Of a DNA stretch of 64,000 nt, positions 56,001-64,000 are shown in pieces. The stretch is from Paramoeba atlantica. Lineage: Eukaryota; Protista; Discosea. The notes under the pieces were generated by a model. The model ran no database searches. It was not told the DNA's origin and was given only the letters and a program-made list of their open reading frames with translations. Made by a program: the position numbers and the translations under genes. Location: assembly GCA_977017575.1 (NCBI GenBank), contig CDRNVI010000024.1:62001-126000 (forward strand), given 5' to 3'. Numbering within the stretch: position 1 is the stretch's first letter; every line of letters begins with the position of its first letter.

Positions 56001-56165
56001 CACAATTTTCGAAGGTGTAGTATAATTAATATACATGTCTTCAGCGCAGATGGGACCAAAATGCTTCCTGTGCCACATTGAATCTTGATATGCTCTTTCG
56101 AATCCTTCTACAGGAAGAAGAGAAATAAGTGCCATCAAGGCCACATACATTGTGCCAGCGCGCAT
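53073..56165 (-). CDS. EMC1: ER membrane protein complex subunit 1
   Basis: Signal peptide, propeller-like body, VIDGTTGSVL, TTTKHGITPKQILL, GSDLFYTKIHPIQAYDSL, C-terminal TM. Confidence 0.88.
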   Translation of the reverse strand: MRAGTMYVALMALISLLPVEGFERAYQDSMWHRKHFGPICAEDMYINYTTPSKIVSAIGTRDGTVALLESSFASPVAQETLPESGTLKWRHSLAASCRIDQKTTSTDSYISQVLFSTDGEFLVAYGCMTSSATKIRQKRLWIFNSDSGVLLNSYPIIDGIEAISLSDCQRSDERGAGTASCFSSRSAQDSSLILWERSVIFDIAQNANTTFFRRYAITSLKGLINGGNDWSSQSSTDLTSCLPMSRAHLTSIINAKGESSGITFGNSSTNSLLSRSELSVNGFYACHVDSRAANDKTSFLFCYNTSSVHHSEMFPSAGAEIMRSDFSSEKVALRIMRILNFSNTSLSILLSNGAVYAWETGSTEIVRRSFTSIDFDNESREDYYLHGSNTSSLVLVDDFTLSLSASTDHTPVVLNLARNRARLGHCTSLRTNLIESKEILCLIVSDSNDLCLQHVKYESNIGGDIVAHASTVWQRYDGLGVPFISRGGSGVPVVKIVTNSSLLSHSSVVPFLLLNSYGSLYALNLKNGSFLWRVSLIENVENLWRLTSARIIEVKRGFDSVRHFLNVSQHTGLFNIIVIFEFHLDEIDSKETRVWLGSSQTGRGIFLEACNLRKILQYTPDEAPASIPYSSVVMKLTSVVQYYSARNKIEPGDHENAEEIDKGLESTASDVIYYYMKDHSIFASSYDTMNASSASDHVVWKFCLPSEDTIVKYSVHSNEGLLHSPFSYGSEYRVASGGPRRIERHSEEKTTEFVFHKKSAASVMCILSLNPKTSILNFFVIDGTTGSVLRHSQHRDAMEPISLILVEHYALYSYVLGSRLSSVLAISEFLFPEWATPSWGSDYFNKSEQNQILRVDAKVDILSYFFDLLNWDTNHQRTTQFPVIRTTQFQLPDIIHVLGVTTTKHGITPKQILLGTRAGQVISLDSTWLQSSSDLRHKEGVEQDTPWSSVQVLTQSELVANLQGIVSSGDRLESVSHVFSVGSDLFYTKIHPIQAYDSLNQSLDFRVLLTLLMLSITCCVILRWESLRRA

Positions 56166-56416
56166 TTTATGAGCTTGTGGTATGTACCGAGGACTTGCTA
56201 GAGATATGGTGCTAACTAGGCCCACACTATCGGAAGCAAAGGAGCATCTAATTGTGAGTATGGATGTCTTTCAGTAGTGAGTTGAAAATAGTAAAGTTAA
56301 ACTAAGTTTTGAATAACCGTTTGAATCAAGTGTAGAATATTAAAAGAAACAAAAGCATCAAACGAAAATGTCTATCAAGGCAAATAAGTCTGTTTTCAAA
56401 AATGTTAGCTGCACTA

Positions 56417-57919
56417 TCAACCAATTTCATTTTGAAGATCTGCTACGTTTGATCTAAACATTTCAACACAGGAAATTTCTCCTGACCATTGGGTAACTTG
56501 TTCGACCGCCCGGGCGCACTCGTTAGGGTTATCCCGGGCAGATTCATGCAATTCAAAAAACGTAAGAATAATAGTCGAAATTTTTTGAAGCCATAAACGT
56601 TGACCTTCACCGTGAGATAGTCGTGATGTTTTCGAGGCATTTTCGCAGATTGATTCCTTAACGTGTTTTCCAAGGTTGGATAGAAATCGCACCAGAGAAA
56701 ATGTTTCCGTGTGGTTACATGTTTTCATCCCAGTTTGAGTAGAAAAATTTCGTGTCGGTGTACGCGGCAGTTTTAGCAAAAGTTGACAAAGAAAGCACAC
56801 GCGGCGCCATCCAACAAAAAATATCCAGAATCGGTTTGGAATACAAGCTTCCGTTAAGGAACAAAGAGACAGCTCTTGCAACTCATTACACACGCTATAA
56901 AGCCCGTTAGAAAGTTTTGCGCAACTCGAGTGCAGAATTTGCTCTGACCTCACGCTCTGTATGCTTTGTTCATCAATTTCTGGATTTGAACAGAGTGACT
57001 CATAAATTGTAAGATCGTTCATATGAGACTGCAACTCACTCCGTACTAGATCACTGTATATTTTGCATAGAGTAGGAACGGGATCTTCTGAAGTTGTTAA
57101 ACGCAAGGCTTCAACTATGGTTGATATAGTGTCATAACTGCGAAAGCTAAGAGCTTCCGATATGACTGAAAGGAGAAGGCCTCGGAAAGTAGTGGCTGCT
57201 TTTTCAAAAAGCATGGCCCTTGTGTTCGAGCGAATAGTGGAACTATTTCCGACGAACGTTTTGCTTGCTTTTATCTCGCCATCTGCAAGTTGAATATTGT
57301 CTAACTTTTTACCCACCTCACGATATCTTTCCTCGATGTTAGCTTCCACACACTTAGCGCTTTTCCGCGCATGGGCTCTAATATTTTTGTGTTGCTCCAA
57401 TATTTCTTTAATTAGAGTCCTTACATAATACATATCTAAACTCACTTTCTGCTCGTCCACGCCAGACTCCTCTAAGAAATTTTGTCTGAGTGCGAGACAT
57501 CGCCAATTGCACCTTTCCAACATTTTTATGAAATTGTCAACCAGAACGCAGTACTCAACGTCTTGTGTCTCAATTATGTTTTTCTGCGGGTAAAATCTTT
57601 CGGCGCTGAGAGTATGACCAATCTTTCGCCTAATATTCTCATGCTTTGTGACAATATTTTTCATTTGCAAACTTCTCTCCGTTGAATTGGCTTTATCCGA
57701 TTCCATATTAAACTGAAGAAGAACACTCGCATTTTTACCAGCGCTTTCGTTTATTCGCTCTTTCCCTTGTTGAATATCAGCTTCAAGTTGCTCGACCGTT
57801 TTTATTAAGTCCGCAAAGGAGTAGTCTTTAAAAGTTGTTCGTATGTATTCCTCAGCACTAAAGCTATCGTCTATGGAGCCGAGATCCGACCGTTGTACCT
57901 CTTGGACACTTCCAGTCAT
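56417..57919 (-). CDS. Vps51/Exo84-like tethering complex subunit
   Basis: N-terminal FSAEEY..F...ADLIKTVEQLEADIQ...KN coiled-coil pattern; first ATG 57919. Confidence 0.5.
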   Translation of the reverse strand: MTGSVQEVQRSDLGSIDDSFSAEEYIRTTFKDYSFADLIKTVEQLEADIQQGKERINESAGKNASVLLQFNMESDKANSTERSLQMKNIVTKHENIRRKIGHTLSAERFYPQKNIIETQDVEYCVLVDNFIKMLERCNWRCLALRQNFLEESGVDEQKVSLDMYYVRTLIKEILEQHKNIRAHARKSAKCVEANIEERYREVGKKLDNIQLADGEIKASKTFVGNSSTIRSNTRAMLFEKAATTFRGLLLSVISEALSFRSYDTISTIVEALRLTTSEDPVPTLCKIYSDLVRSELQSHMNDLTIYESLCSNPEIDEQSIQSVRSEQILHSSCAKLSNGLYSVCNELQELSLCSLTEACIPNRFWIFFVGWRRVCFLCQLLLKLPRTPTRNFSTQTGMKTCNHTETFSLVRFLSNLGKHVKESICENASKTSRLSHGEGQRLWLQKISTIILTFFELHESARDNPNECARAVEQVTQWSGEISCVEMFRSNVADLQNEIG

Positions 57920-58295
57920 GCAAACTACGCTGAATGAATAGTACAACCTAAAGACACTACAGTGCAATTCAACGACAATATCCAATGCTTCTCTGGGAAA
58001 CCGCTAGGGCAGGAACATTTGCGAAAGATACGTTCATGAAAACTACACGTGTGCAAAAAGTAAACCACTGAGCGTAAAATTATAACATTAGATTAGTACA
58101 TGTATGACTTCAGAAGTAAACCATCTGTGTCGGAAGTAAGTTACTAATGGTAAAGCAGCATGGTGAAGCAAGCAACTCTAATGAAGTGTGAATACGTTTA
58201 ATACTTTTACTAAATCGTGGTAGGTCAAACAAAAAGGGACAGGCAATAGCCCAGGACCAAAAACCAAAAAATAAAATTAGCTGTCTTGTATCTAC

Positions 58296-60098
58296 CTAGC
58301 ACAATTTGCCCTCTGAATCAATGGTTGTATCGTGCATAACCCTTGGGTCATCCTTGATTTCATTAGCTACATTGTATATTTGCTGCCAGACATGACGATT
58401 TTCGGAAATTAGTGCCATGTGTTCGGATTCTAAGTAGGTAGTCGTCACAACATTTTTTTCTTGACGCCCTTTCCAAGAGCTACACACGCGCAGTGAATCT
58501 ACGGAAATGGTACCATCACCATTGGTGTCGACCACATCCTTCGGAGAATATCTATGCTGCGCTTGAGAACTATCGATAGAAAACTTTTGTATTGTGTTCC
58601 ATCCAGTGCTTATGACGCAGTGTACCGTGACATTCGGAGGACTTTGAGAATCGACCTCCGTGTTTAAATGTTTATACGTATTTGCTATTGTATCTAATTT
58701 AAAGTCTCTTAGAAGCTGTGTAAGGTTAGCGGCGGAGTACTCCTGATCACCTACGTGGACCAGGGAACGGTTACCCCATACTTGACAACGCTCATTGTGG
58801 CAAGGAAACGCTGTGTACATGGAAATCCATGACTCGAGGACGGGTTGCGTGACCCAAAAGGGTGCAGGCCATCCATCATTTTCACCGACAAGAGCGCCAC
58901 GGATTGCCTTTACGGAGCCACCATAGGCACCGGCGATACTAATCAATCGAGCAATGTACTTATCTTTCCAGACTTCATCGACGAAGGTGTTCAAGAAGAG
59001 GACGGTGTGCACTCCTCCCAGTGAATGCGCTACCAGTGTCACAGATCGATTTTGATTCTCCGCATACATTCGCTCGACCCGAGCCTTCAGCTCAGGAAAC
59101 ATCAGAGTGCGCATGTCCAGCGGGGTACGACGAAAATCATAGGGCATTGCGTCCAGACTATGTCCCGGTTTATAGCGACCGCGACGGAGTATGTGACGCG
59201 TCCCGTTCGCAGTGAGTGTCAAGTTCTGTTTTGTACACATTTCACAAGGAAAGTGGTTCTCGTCTATGATCCTTGAATCGACAGTGTCTGTCATGAACTC
59301 AAAGAAACCTTTCATATACGCCGTAGCATCACAAGTGAAAGTATTCGCAGGATTGTAACAGCTCACTGCTCGAATACGATCTTCCAGCGGACGAATCGAA
59401 ATTCCTGGTGGATTTTGTGTTGTACCATTTGGATGTAACTTCAGACGCATAATTTCACGCCAGCATCGAAACCGAAGTGCGATTCCTTGTAGATCAAACC
59501 AAATTTTAGACCAATCTAAGCTCTTGCTACACTCCAAAGGCAACCAATTAGCCTTTTCTCGTCTTTCTTCTAAGACCGATCCCATAGTACCTGGAATGAC
59601 CAGAATCGGAGATGGAGACTCTGCATCTTCCAGTTCAGAACAATGAGTACATTGACTTTGTTTGAAATCCGTGGATCCCCCAAACAGTAATTCAAGCAGT
59701 GTACGCCGTCCCTCTGTTTGCTCTTGATCAATGTTGAACAAGCCCAGTGGTTCGTTGGGTAATGCGGCAAACCCTTCCGACAGAGGCATTCCTTGCACTA
59801 CTTTCTCGTATTCACGTTTCGCCTTTCTTCTTCGAACCAGAATTTCATCAAAATCTACCGTGTTGATTGTGGAGCAATTCGCTAGATTCGAAAAAGACTT
59901 AGTGCCAAGCGTACTCTTTCTTAATGAGGTTGACACTTTACCGGAAGCTTCTACATGAGTGATACCCCATGAATGCTGAAAAATCTTTCGTGACCTCCAT
60001 ACCGACGCAAGCTGACAATTTTTAACATCTTCAGATGAATACACTGACTTTGGAAGCAGGAAGATCCAGAAGTGCAGTAGCCTGAGAAGTATAATCAT
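58296..60098 (-). CDS. LCAT / group XV phospholipase A2 family protein (paralog 1)
   Basis: VIPGTMGS, PYDFRR, AHSLGG (Ser), GDGTI (Asp), EHM (His); signal peptide. Confidence 0.92.
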   Translation of the reverse strand: MIILLRLLHFWIFLLPKSVYSSEDVKNCQLASVWRSRKIFQHSWGITHVEASGKVSTSLRKSTLGTKSFSNLANCSTINTVDFDEILVRRRKAKREYEKVVQGMPLSEGFAALPNEPLGLFNIDQEQTEGRRTLLELLFGGSTDFKQSQCTHCSELEDAESPSPILVIPGTMGSVLEERREKANWLPLECSKSLDWSKIWFDLQGIALRFRCWREIMRLKLHPNGTTQNPPGISIRPLEDRIRAVSCYNPANTFTCDATAYMKGFFEFMTDTVDSRIIDENHFPCEMCTKQNLTLTANGTRHILRRGRYKPGHSLDAMPYDFRRTPLDMRTLMFPELKARVERMYAENQNRSVTLVAHSLGGVHTVLFLNTFVDEVWKDKYIARLISIAGAYGGSVKAIRGALVGENDGWPAPFWVTQPVLESWISMYTAFPCHNERCQVWGNRSLVHVGDQEYSAANLTQLLRDFKLDTIANTYKHLNTEVDSQSPPNVTVHCVISTGWNTIQKFSIDSSQAQHRYSPKDVVDTNGDGTISVDSLRVCSSWKGRQEKNVVTTTYLESEHMALISENRHVWQQIYNVANEIKDDPRVMHDTTIDSEGKLC

Positions 60099-60822
60099 AA
60101 TAAACTGCTACTAAAGTACATGTAGAAGTGACCTTACGAAATCTTAAATCTTGGCGAATAGAATATACTATAGAATAGAATATACAAAGAGACTGTACAA
60201 AGTTGTACTGCAGAAATATTACTACTAGTATGTTACTACTAATAGTATAAAGTACTTGTGATTCAGATGAAATTCTACATAAAGAAGCACGATACGCGTG
60301 CGTTACTTTTCAGACTCACTCAAACACAACCAGGCATTAGGCAAGAATTAGTAGCCGGGTTAAAAAGGCAGTTCTGCAAAGAGACATGGCTTCCCAAATA
60401 CGGCGCACAAAAAGCCGTATCAAACGCTTCTCTAGCCGTGTCAACCAGTTACGCATAGGTATGATACAATCATGCATACTTTAATGATACGTAACTTAAT
60501 TGCAAACTACATAGCGCTTTAGCAACACCACGTACTTCTTCCACGCGATTCAAAAACTAAAAACCAGCTTAACCATGTTTTCTACACAGAAGACGCTGAA
60601 TAGTTATTGAAGAGAGGTCGATACACGACAATAAATTCAAACACAACACAAGCCTATCCAGTTGGCAAAATTTAAAAATGATCCCACATCAGATTCGTGA
60701 AACCCGAACAGCCTTAGGCCAAATGCATGACGAAATAAACTAAAGCAGGAGCCACGTTCTATCTCACTTAAAAACGAAATTCATTTAAAATTGAGGATCA
60801 GACAGTAGCAGCACAATAGAGC

Positions 60823-62148
60823 TCATTCTTCAGCGCTCCTAACGATGCTAAGGATTTCATTCCATACGGTTTCACAGTTTTGTACCAATCCCATATGGCT
60901 AGTTCCATTCACGTACCTCGTTCTCACAGGGGGTATCTGGTGGGCTGACCATTCCTCGCAGATCGACGCGCTATCTTTGGGCACGGTTCCGTCACCATCG
61001 GCCCCCATGTCCAGCTTTGGTCGATACCGACTCAGACGATCATACCCGCTAAGTTCAATTTTAGACAAAGTGGGTATCCCGGTTCCTATATAACAATAAA
61101 CACTCACCCCCGGAGCGCTCTGGTAATCCATATCTGTGTTCAGCTTGTGAAACAGCTCACCGTGCGTCTCAAACCCGACTTTCTTCAACAGACGTGGAAA
61201 ATCACTTGCGGTGTACGTTTCCTTTTTTACCGATAGCAAAACCTTATTCTCCCACACCCTCGTCCGGTTACTACTGTTCGGGAACAACGCATACAACCCG
61301 GGCCACGTCGCCAGCACCGGCTGCGTATACCAATTCGGCACCACCGGTACCATCTCCGTTGCCCCATCCAAAATCGACTGCACCGCCTTCAACGACCCCC
61401 CCAACGGGACCCCCAACAGCACCACCCTCCCCACATACCTCTTCTTCCACCCCTCCCCCACAAACGTATTCAGAAACCCACTCACCACAACCCCTCCCAG
61501 GGAGTGGGCCACCAGCGTCACCTTTCGTATCTCCCCCCCTCTTCCCCCCCCTGTCTCCCCCATCCCCTCAATCCTCCTCTTCAGCCCCTCAAACACCCCC
61601 CCGGGCCTTGCCCAATCCACCGGGCCTCTACGGAAGTCATACGCGTAGGCCTGCAGGTTCTCCCCCCTCACGTACCCCTTGGCTACCAGATACTCCACCA
61701 GCGGGGCCATGTACTGTGTGTGGGCACAGCTCCACGGGGTCGCGTGGTCGAGGCAGCTGACCGCCGCGAGGGCATCCGGCAGGGGTCGGATCGCGACCCC
61801 CGGGGGGGGGGCGCTGGCCCCGGTGCGGGGGTCGAGGGCGAGGCGCATGACTGCGGCCCAGCAGGGGTACTCGAGGGTGAAGGCGGTGAGGTCGACCCAG
61901 GCGGGGGACCAGGCGGGGGTGGTGGTGAGACAGGGCAGGGGGAGGGAGAGGGCGTTGGTGCGGCGCTGCTGGAGGACGGAGCCGAGGAGACCGGGGAGGA
62001 GGAGGAGGGGGAGAGGGGAGGGGGAAGAGGAGGAGGAAGAGGAGGAGGAAGAGGAGAGGGTGGGGAGATGGGGGAAGGGATGGGGGTGGGGGAGAGGGAG
62101 GGTGAGAAGAAGGGTGAGGGTGAGGAGGGGGAGGGGGGGTGGGGACAT
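60823..62148 (-). CDS. LCAT / group XV phospholipase A2 family protein (paralog 2)
   Basis: LLPGLLGS, AYDFRR, AHSLGG, GDGTV, SHM. Confidence 0.92.
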   Translation of the reverse strand: MSPPPLPLLTLTLLLTLPLPHPHPFPHLPTLSSSSSSSSSSSPSPLPLLLLPGLLGSVLQQRRTNALSLPLPCLTTTPAWSPAWVDLTAFTLEYPCWAAVMRLALDPRTGASAPPPGVAIRPLPDALAAVSCLDHATPWSCAHTQYMAPLVEYLVAKGYVRGENLQAYAYDFRRGPVDWARPGGVFEGLKRRIEGMGETGGGRGGEIRKVTLVAHSLGGVVVSGFLNTFVGEGWKKRYVGRVVLLGVPLGGSLKAVQSILDGATEMVPVVPNWYTQPVLATWPGLYALFPNSSNRTRVWENKVLLSVKKETYTASDFPRLLKKVGFETHGELFHKLNTDMDYQSAPGVSVYCYIGTGIPTLSKIELSGYDRLSRYRPKLDMGADGDGTVPKDSASICEEWSAHQIPPVRTRYVNGTSHMGLVQNCETVWNEILSIVRSAEE

Positions 62149-62260
62149 GGAAGGGGAGGTGGGGAAGAAAAGGTGGAGGAGGAGGGGGGGAGATTGTGGA
62201 GGAAAGAAAGAGGTTGGATGGAAAGGTTTGGATTGAGATTTGTGTAGGTAAGAGGAGCAA
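61290..62260. other. GC-rich island with C-rich to G-rich skew flip on the + strand
   Basis: + strand C-runs about 61290-61690, dense G/purine runs about 61800-62220. Confidence 0.8.
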
Positions 62261-62501
62261 TATATTTTTTCATAGGGAATGATTTCTTATTCTTTAAGGA
62301 GTCGAGGTAATACTCTTAAAAAGTCGATTTAGGAGTCGAAATATCCCAAATGAGTGCATTCTGAAATTACGGGGTAGTAGTACTGGGCACGCACGTGGTA
62401 GAGTGTGAGGCCGTTAACACTACAAAAGCGTACATGACAGGTGTTCTACGTTTCGGCGTGATCATTTTGACTTAATTTTTTCTAGGTATACGTGATAGAA
62501 T

Positions 62502-64000
62502 TCATTGTCGATTCCGCCTACATTCGATGCACTGACTTCCCATTGTGCAGGGAGAGTGAACCTCCAGATGACAGGGCCGTTGACATTGATGGGACGAGCA
62601 AAGGGGAAAATTGCATTGCTGCGTGCAAAACGAAAGGGTGGGATTGTCACTCTCTTTCAGACATAAGCGATCCACTACGACAGAATTGTATGGGTTTACC
62701 GAATTATCACCTTGCGTCTCGGCTTTTTGAATACTTCCCATGATCAGGGGATCTATCCGGCTTACCACTTCAATGGCATCATTCGAAGTAACTACAATTC
62801 TAGTGGAAGGATGGCGTGAGCAATGAAGTCGTAGCTTTTTCCCCTGCCGTTTAGGACCGATAACGTCAAGCACCTTTTTCCAGTGACTTATCGTTCGGAG
62901 GAGTCGGGAAGACCCCAAAATGATCAGCGAATGGCGTGCTCTACTACACGCAACAATCATACGGTTTTCCAATTCAAGAAAGTCAGTAATATGCTTAGTA
63001 CGAACTAGGGACAAAATTATTATGTCATTTTCATCACCTTGAAAACGATCGACAGTGAAAACGTCGACGCGATCTCGGGAGATAAGAAAAGGGCAACGAC
63101 GCATGGCACGAATGATGGCTCTTCTCTGTCCGACATAAGGTGTAATAACAGTAATAGATGAAGCTGGAACACCCTGAAAAAGCAAAAAGCAGACAAGAAA
63201 CGTTACCATTGCGATTTCAGCATTATTTTCTATGCTAGTGTTCTGTTTCAAAGCGACTTCCGGATGTTCATGATTCCAAAAGAAAACTGAATCTTCCAAC
63301 CCAGGAGCGGTAATCCAATTCTGATTCCAGATGCTGGTAAAAGTGCGTGTGTTTACCGCAGGGTGATCAGAAAGGGAAAAACTAACGCAATCTGTATAGA
63401 AGCCGCGAACGAGATCGCATAATTCCGACCGCATGCGGTGTTGTTCGTCAAGTTTAATGAGAGGAAACCTTGTGTTGACAAACCTCTCAAACAGAGAGAC
63501 GTTCAGCTTATTTTCCGTGGCTAGCTCATACTTGCGAACAGTGGGTCGTAATTGCTTATGATCTCCTATAAGAATTACTTGCCGTATTGACGAGGGAAGA
63601 CATGCCCATATTTGACTTTCAAGAATTTCGGCTGCTTCCTCCACAATAATGATCTGAGGTGACACTTCTTTGATCACGTCCATGTGTAAAGCTAAACCGG
63701 TAGTCGTGGCACCAATAACATCCATAGAGCGCATGAGTGATATTTGTGTCATTTTTCGCATCTCAAAAAGAAGTTTGTAAAGTTTTTCATATTGTAAAGC
63801 AAGATCCGGTAGTTTCTGTGCAGCCTCCACATATTCTTGACGGCAAATATTTTCCAGCAAACGTTGTCTTTCAGCGTGCGTCAATGCCCAAACTGTTACA
63901 ATGGATGGAACTATGGACCGAGAAAGCGGCATATCGCGCGGCACCAAAAAAGAATCCCAATTTATATCCATCTTGCGAATAATATCTCCATCAAGGTACC
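62502..64000 (-). CDS. ZNFX1: ZNFX1-like UPF1-family SF1 helicase, C-terminal part (5' end outside the window)
   Basis: IIIVEEAAEILES, LIGDHKQLRP, SLFERF, QHRMR, TVDRFQGDENDIIILSLVR, VACSRAR, LHCSRHP and NFX1-type C/H finger; frame open to 64000. Confidence 0.8.
   Translation of the reverse strand, partial: YLDGDIIRKMDINWDSFLVPRDMPLSRSIVPSIVTVWALTHAERQRLLENICRQEYVEAAQKLPDLALQYEKLYKLLFEMRKMTQISLMRSMDVIGATTTGLALHMDVIKEVSPQIIIVEEAAEILESQIWACLPSSIRQVILIGDHKQLRPTVRKYELATENKLNVSLFERFVNTRFPLIKLDEQHRMRSELCDLVRGFYTDCVSFSLSDHPAVNTRTFTSIWNQNWITAPGLEDSVFFWNHEHPEVALKQNTSIENNAEIAMVTFLVCFLLFQGVPASSITVITPYVGQRRAIIRAMRRCPFLISRDRVDVFTVDRFQGDENDIIILSLVRTKHITDFLELENRMIVACSRARHSLIILGSSRLLRTISHWKKVLDVIGPKRQGKKLRLHCSRHPSTRIVVTSNDAIEVVSRIDPLIMGSIQKAETQGDNSVNPYNSVVVDRLCLKESDNPTLSFCTQQCNFPLCSSHQCQRPCHLEVHSPCTMGSQCIECRRNRQ

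Noticed and set aside
61194-62273. Multiple Pro-, Gly- or Arg-rich ORFs over LCAT2
   Set aside because: Artefacts of stop-poor skewed GC sequence
1-64000. CRISPR array, tRNA, rRNA or spliced-leader RNA genes; stop-codon reassignment
   Set aside because: No spaced repeat arrays or recognisable RNA motifs by eye; conserved ORFs are full length under the standard code

Overview
Eukaryotic, gene-dense, intronless DNA. Every recognisable host gene lies on the minus strand, forming one polycistronic-style cluster typical of kinetoplastids; a Perkinsela-like organism is my inference, not a sequence match. Host genes: Dcp2-like Nudix, EngB-type GTPase, PA-domain protein, divergent ORC4, nucleoplasmin/RGG protein, W-x-x-A-L repeat protein, adrenodoxin reductase, RPS6, primase large subunit, MT-A70 methyltransferase, rhomboid, Trm8, guanylate kinase, TPR, thioredoxin-domain and LRR proteins, EMC1, Vps51/Exo84-like, two LCAT/PLA2 paralogs and a ZNFX1-like helicase cut by the window edge. 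An 11,841-bp block (29790-41630) is tandemly duplicated (41633-53473) with a 2-nt CC junction. The intergenic gaps hold an unannotated transposon community: an intact Merlin with 24-bp TIRs and 8-bp TSD, two diverged hAT-like transposase relics of one family (one with TIRs and an atypical 6-bp TSD), an RLE-type (HERO/R4-like) retrotransposon fragment, and three TA-flanked MITEs. GC-rich islands with a C-to-G strand-skew flip, strongest inside the second LCAT gene, may mark internal promoters or origins. No tRNA, rRNA, spliced-leader RNA or CRISPR array was recognised.
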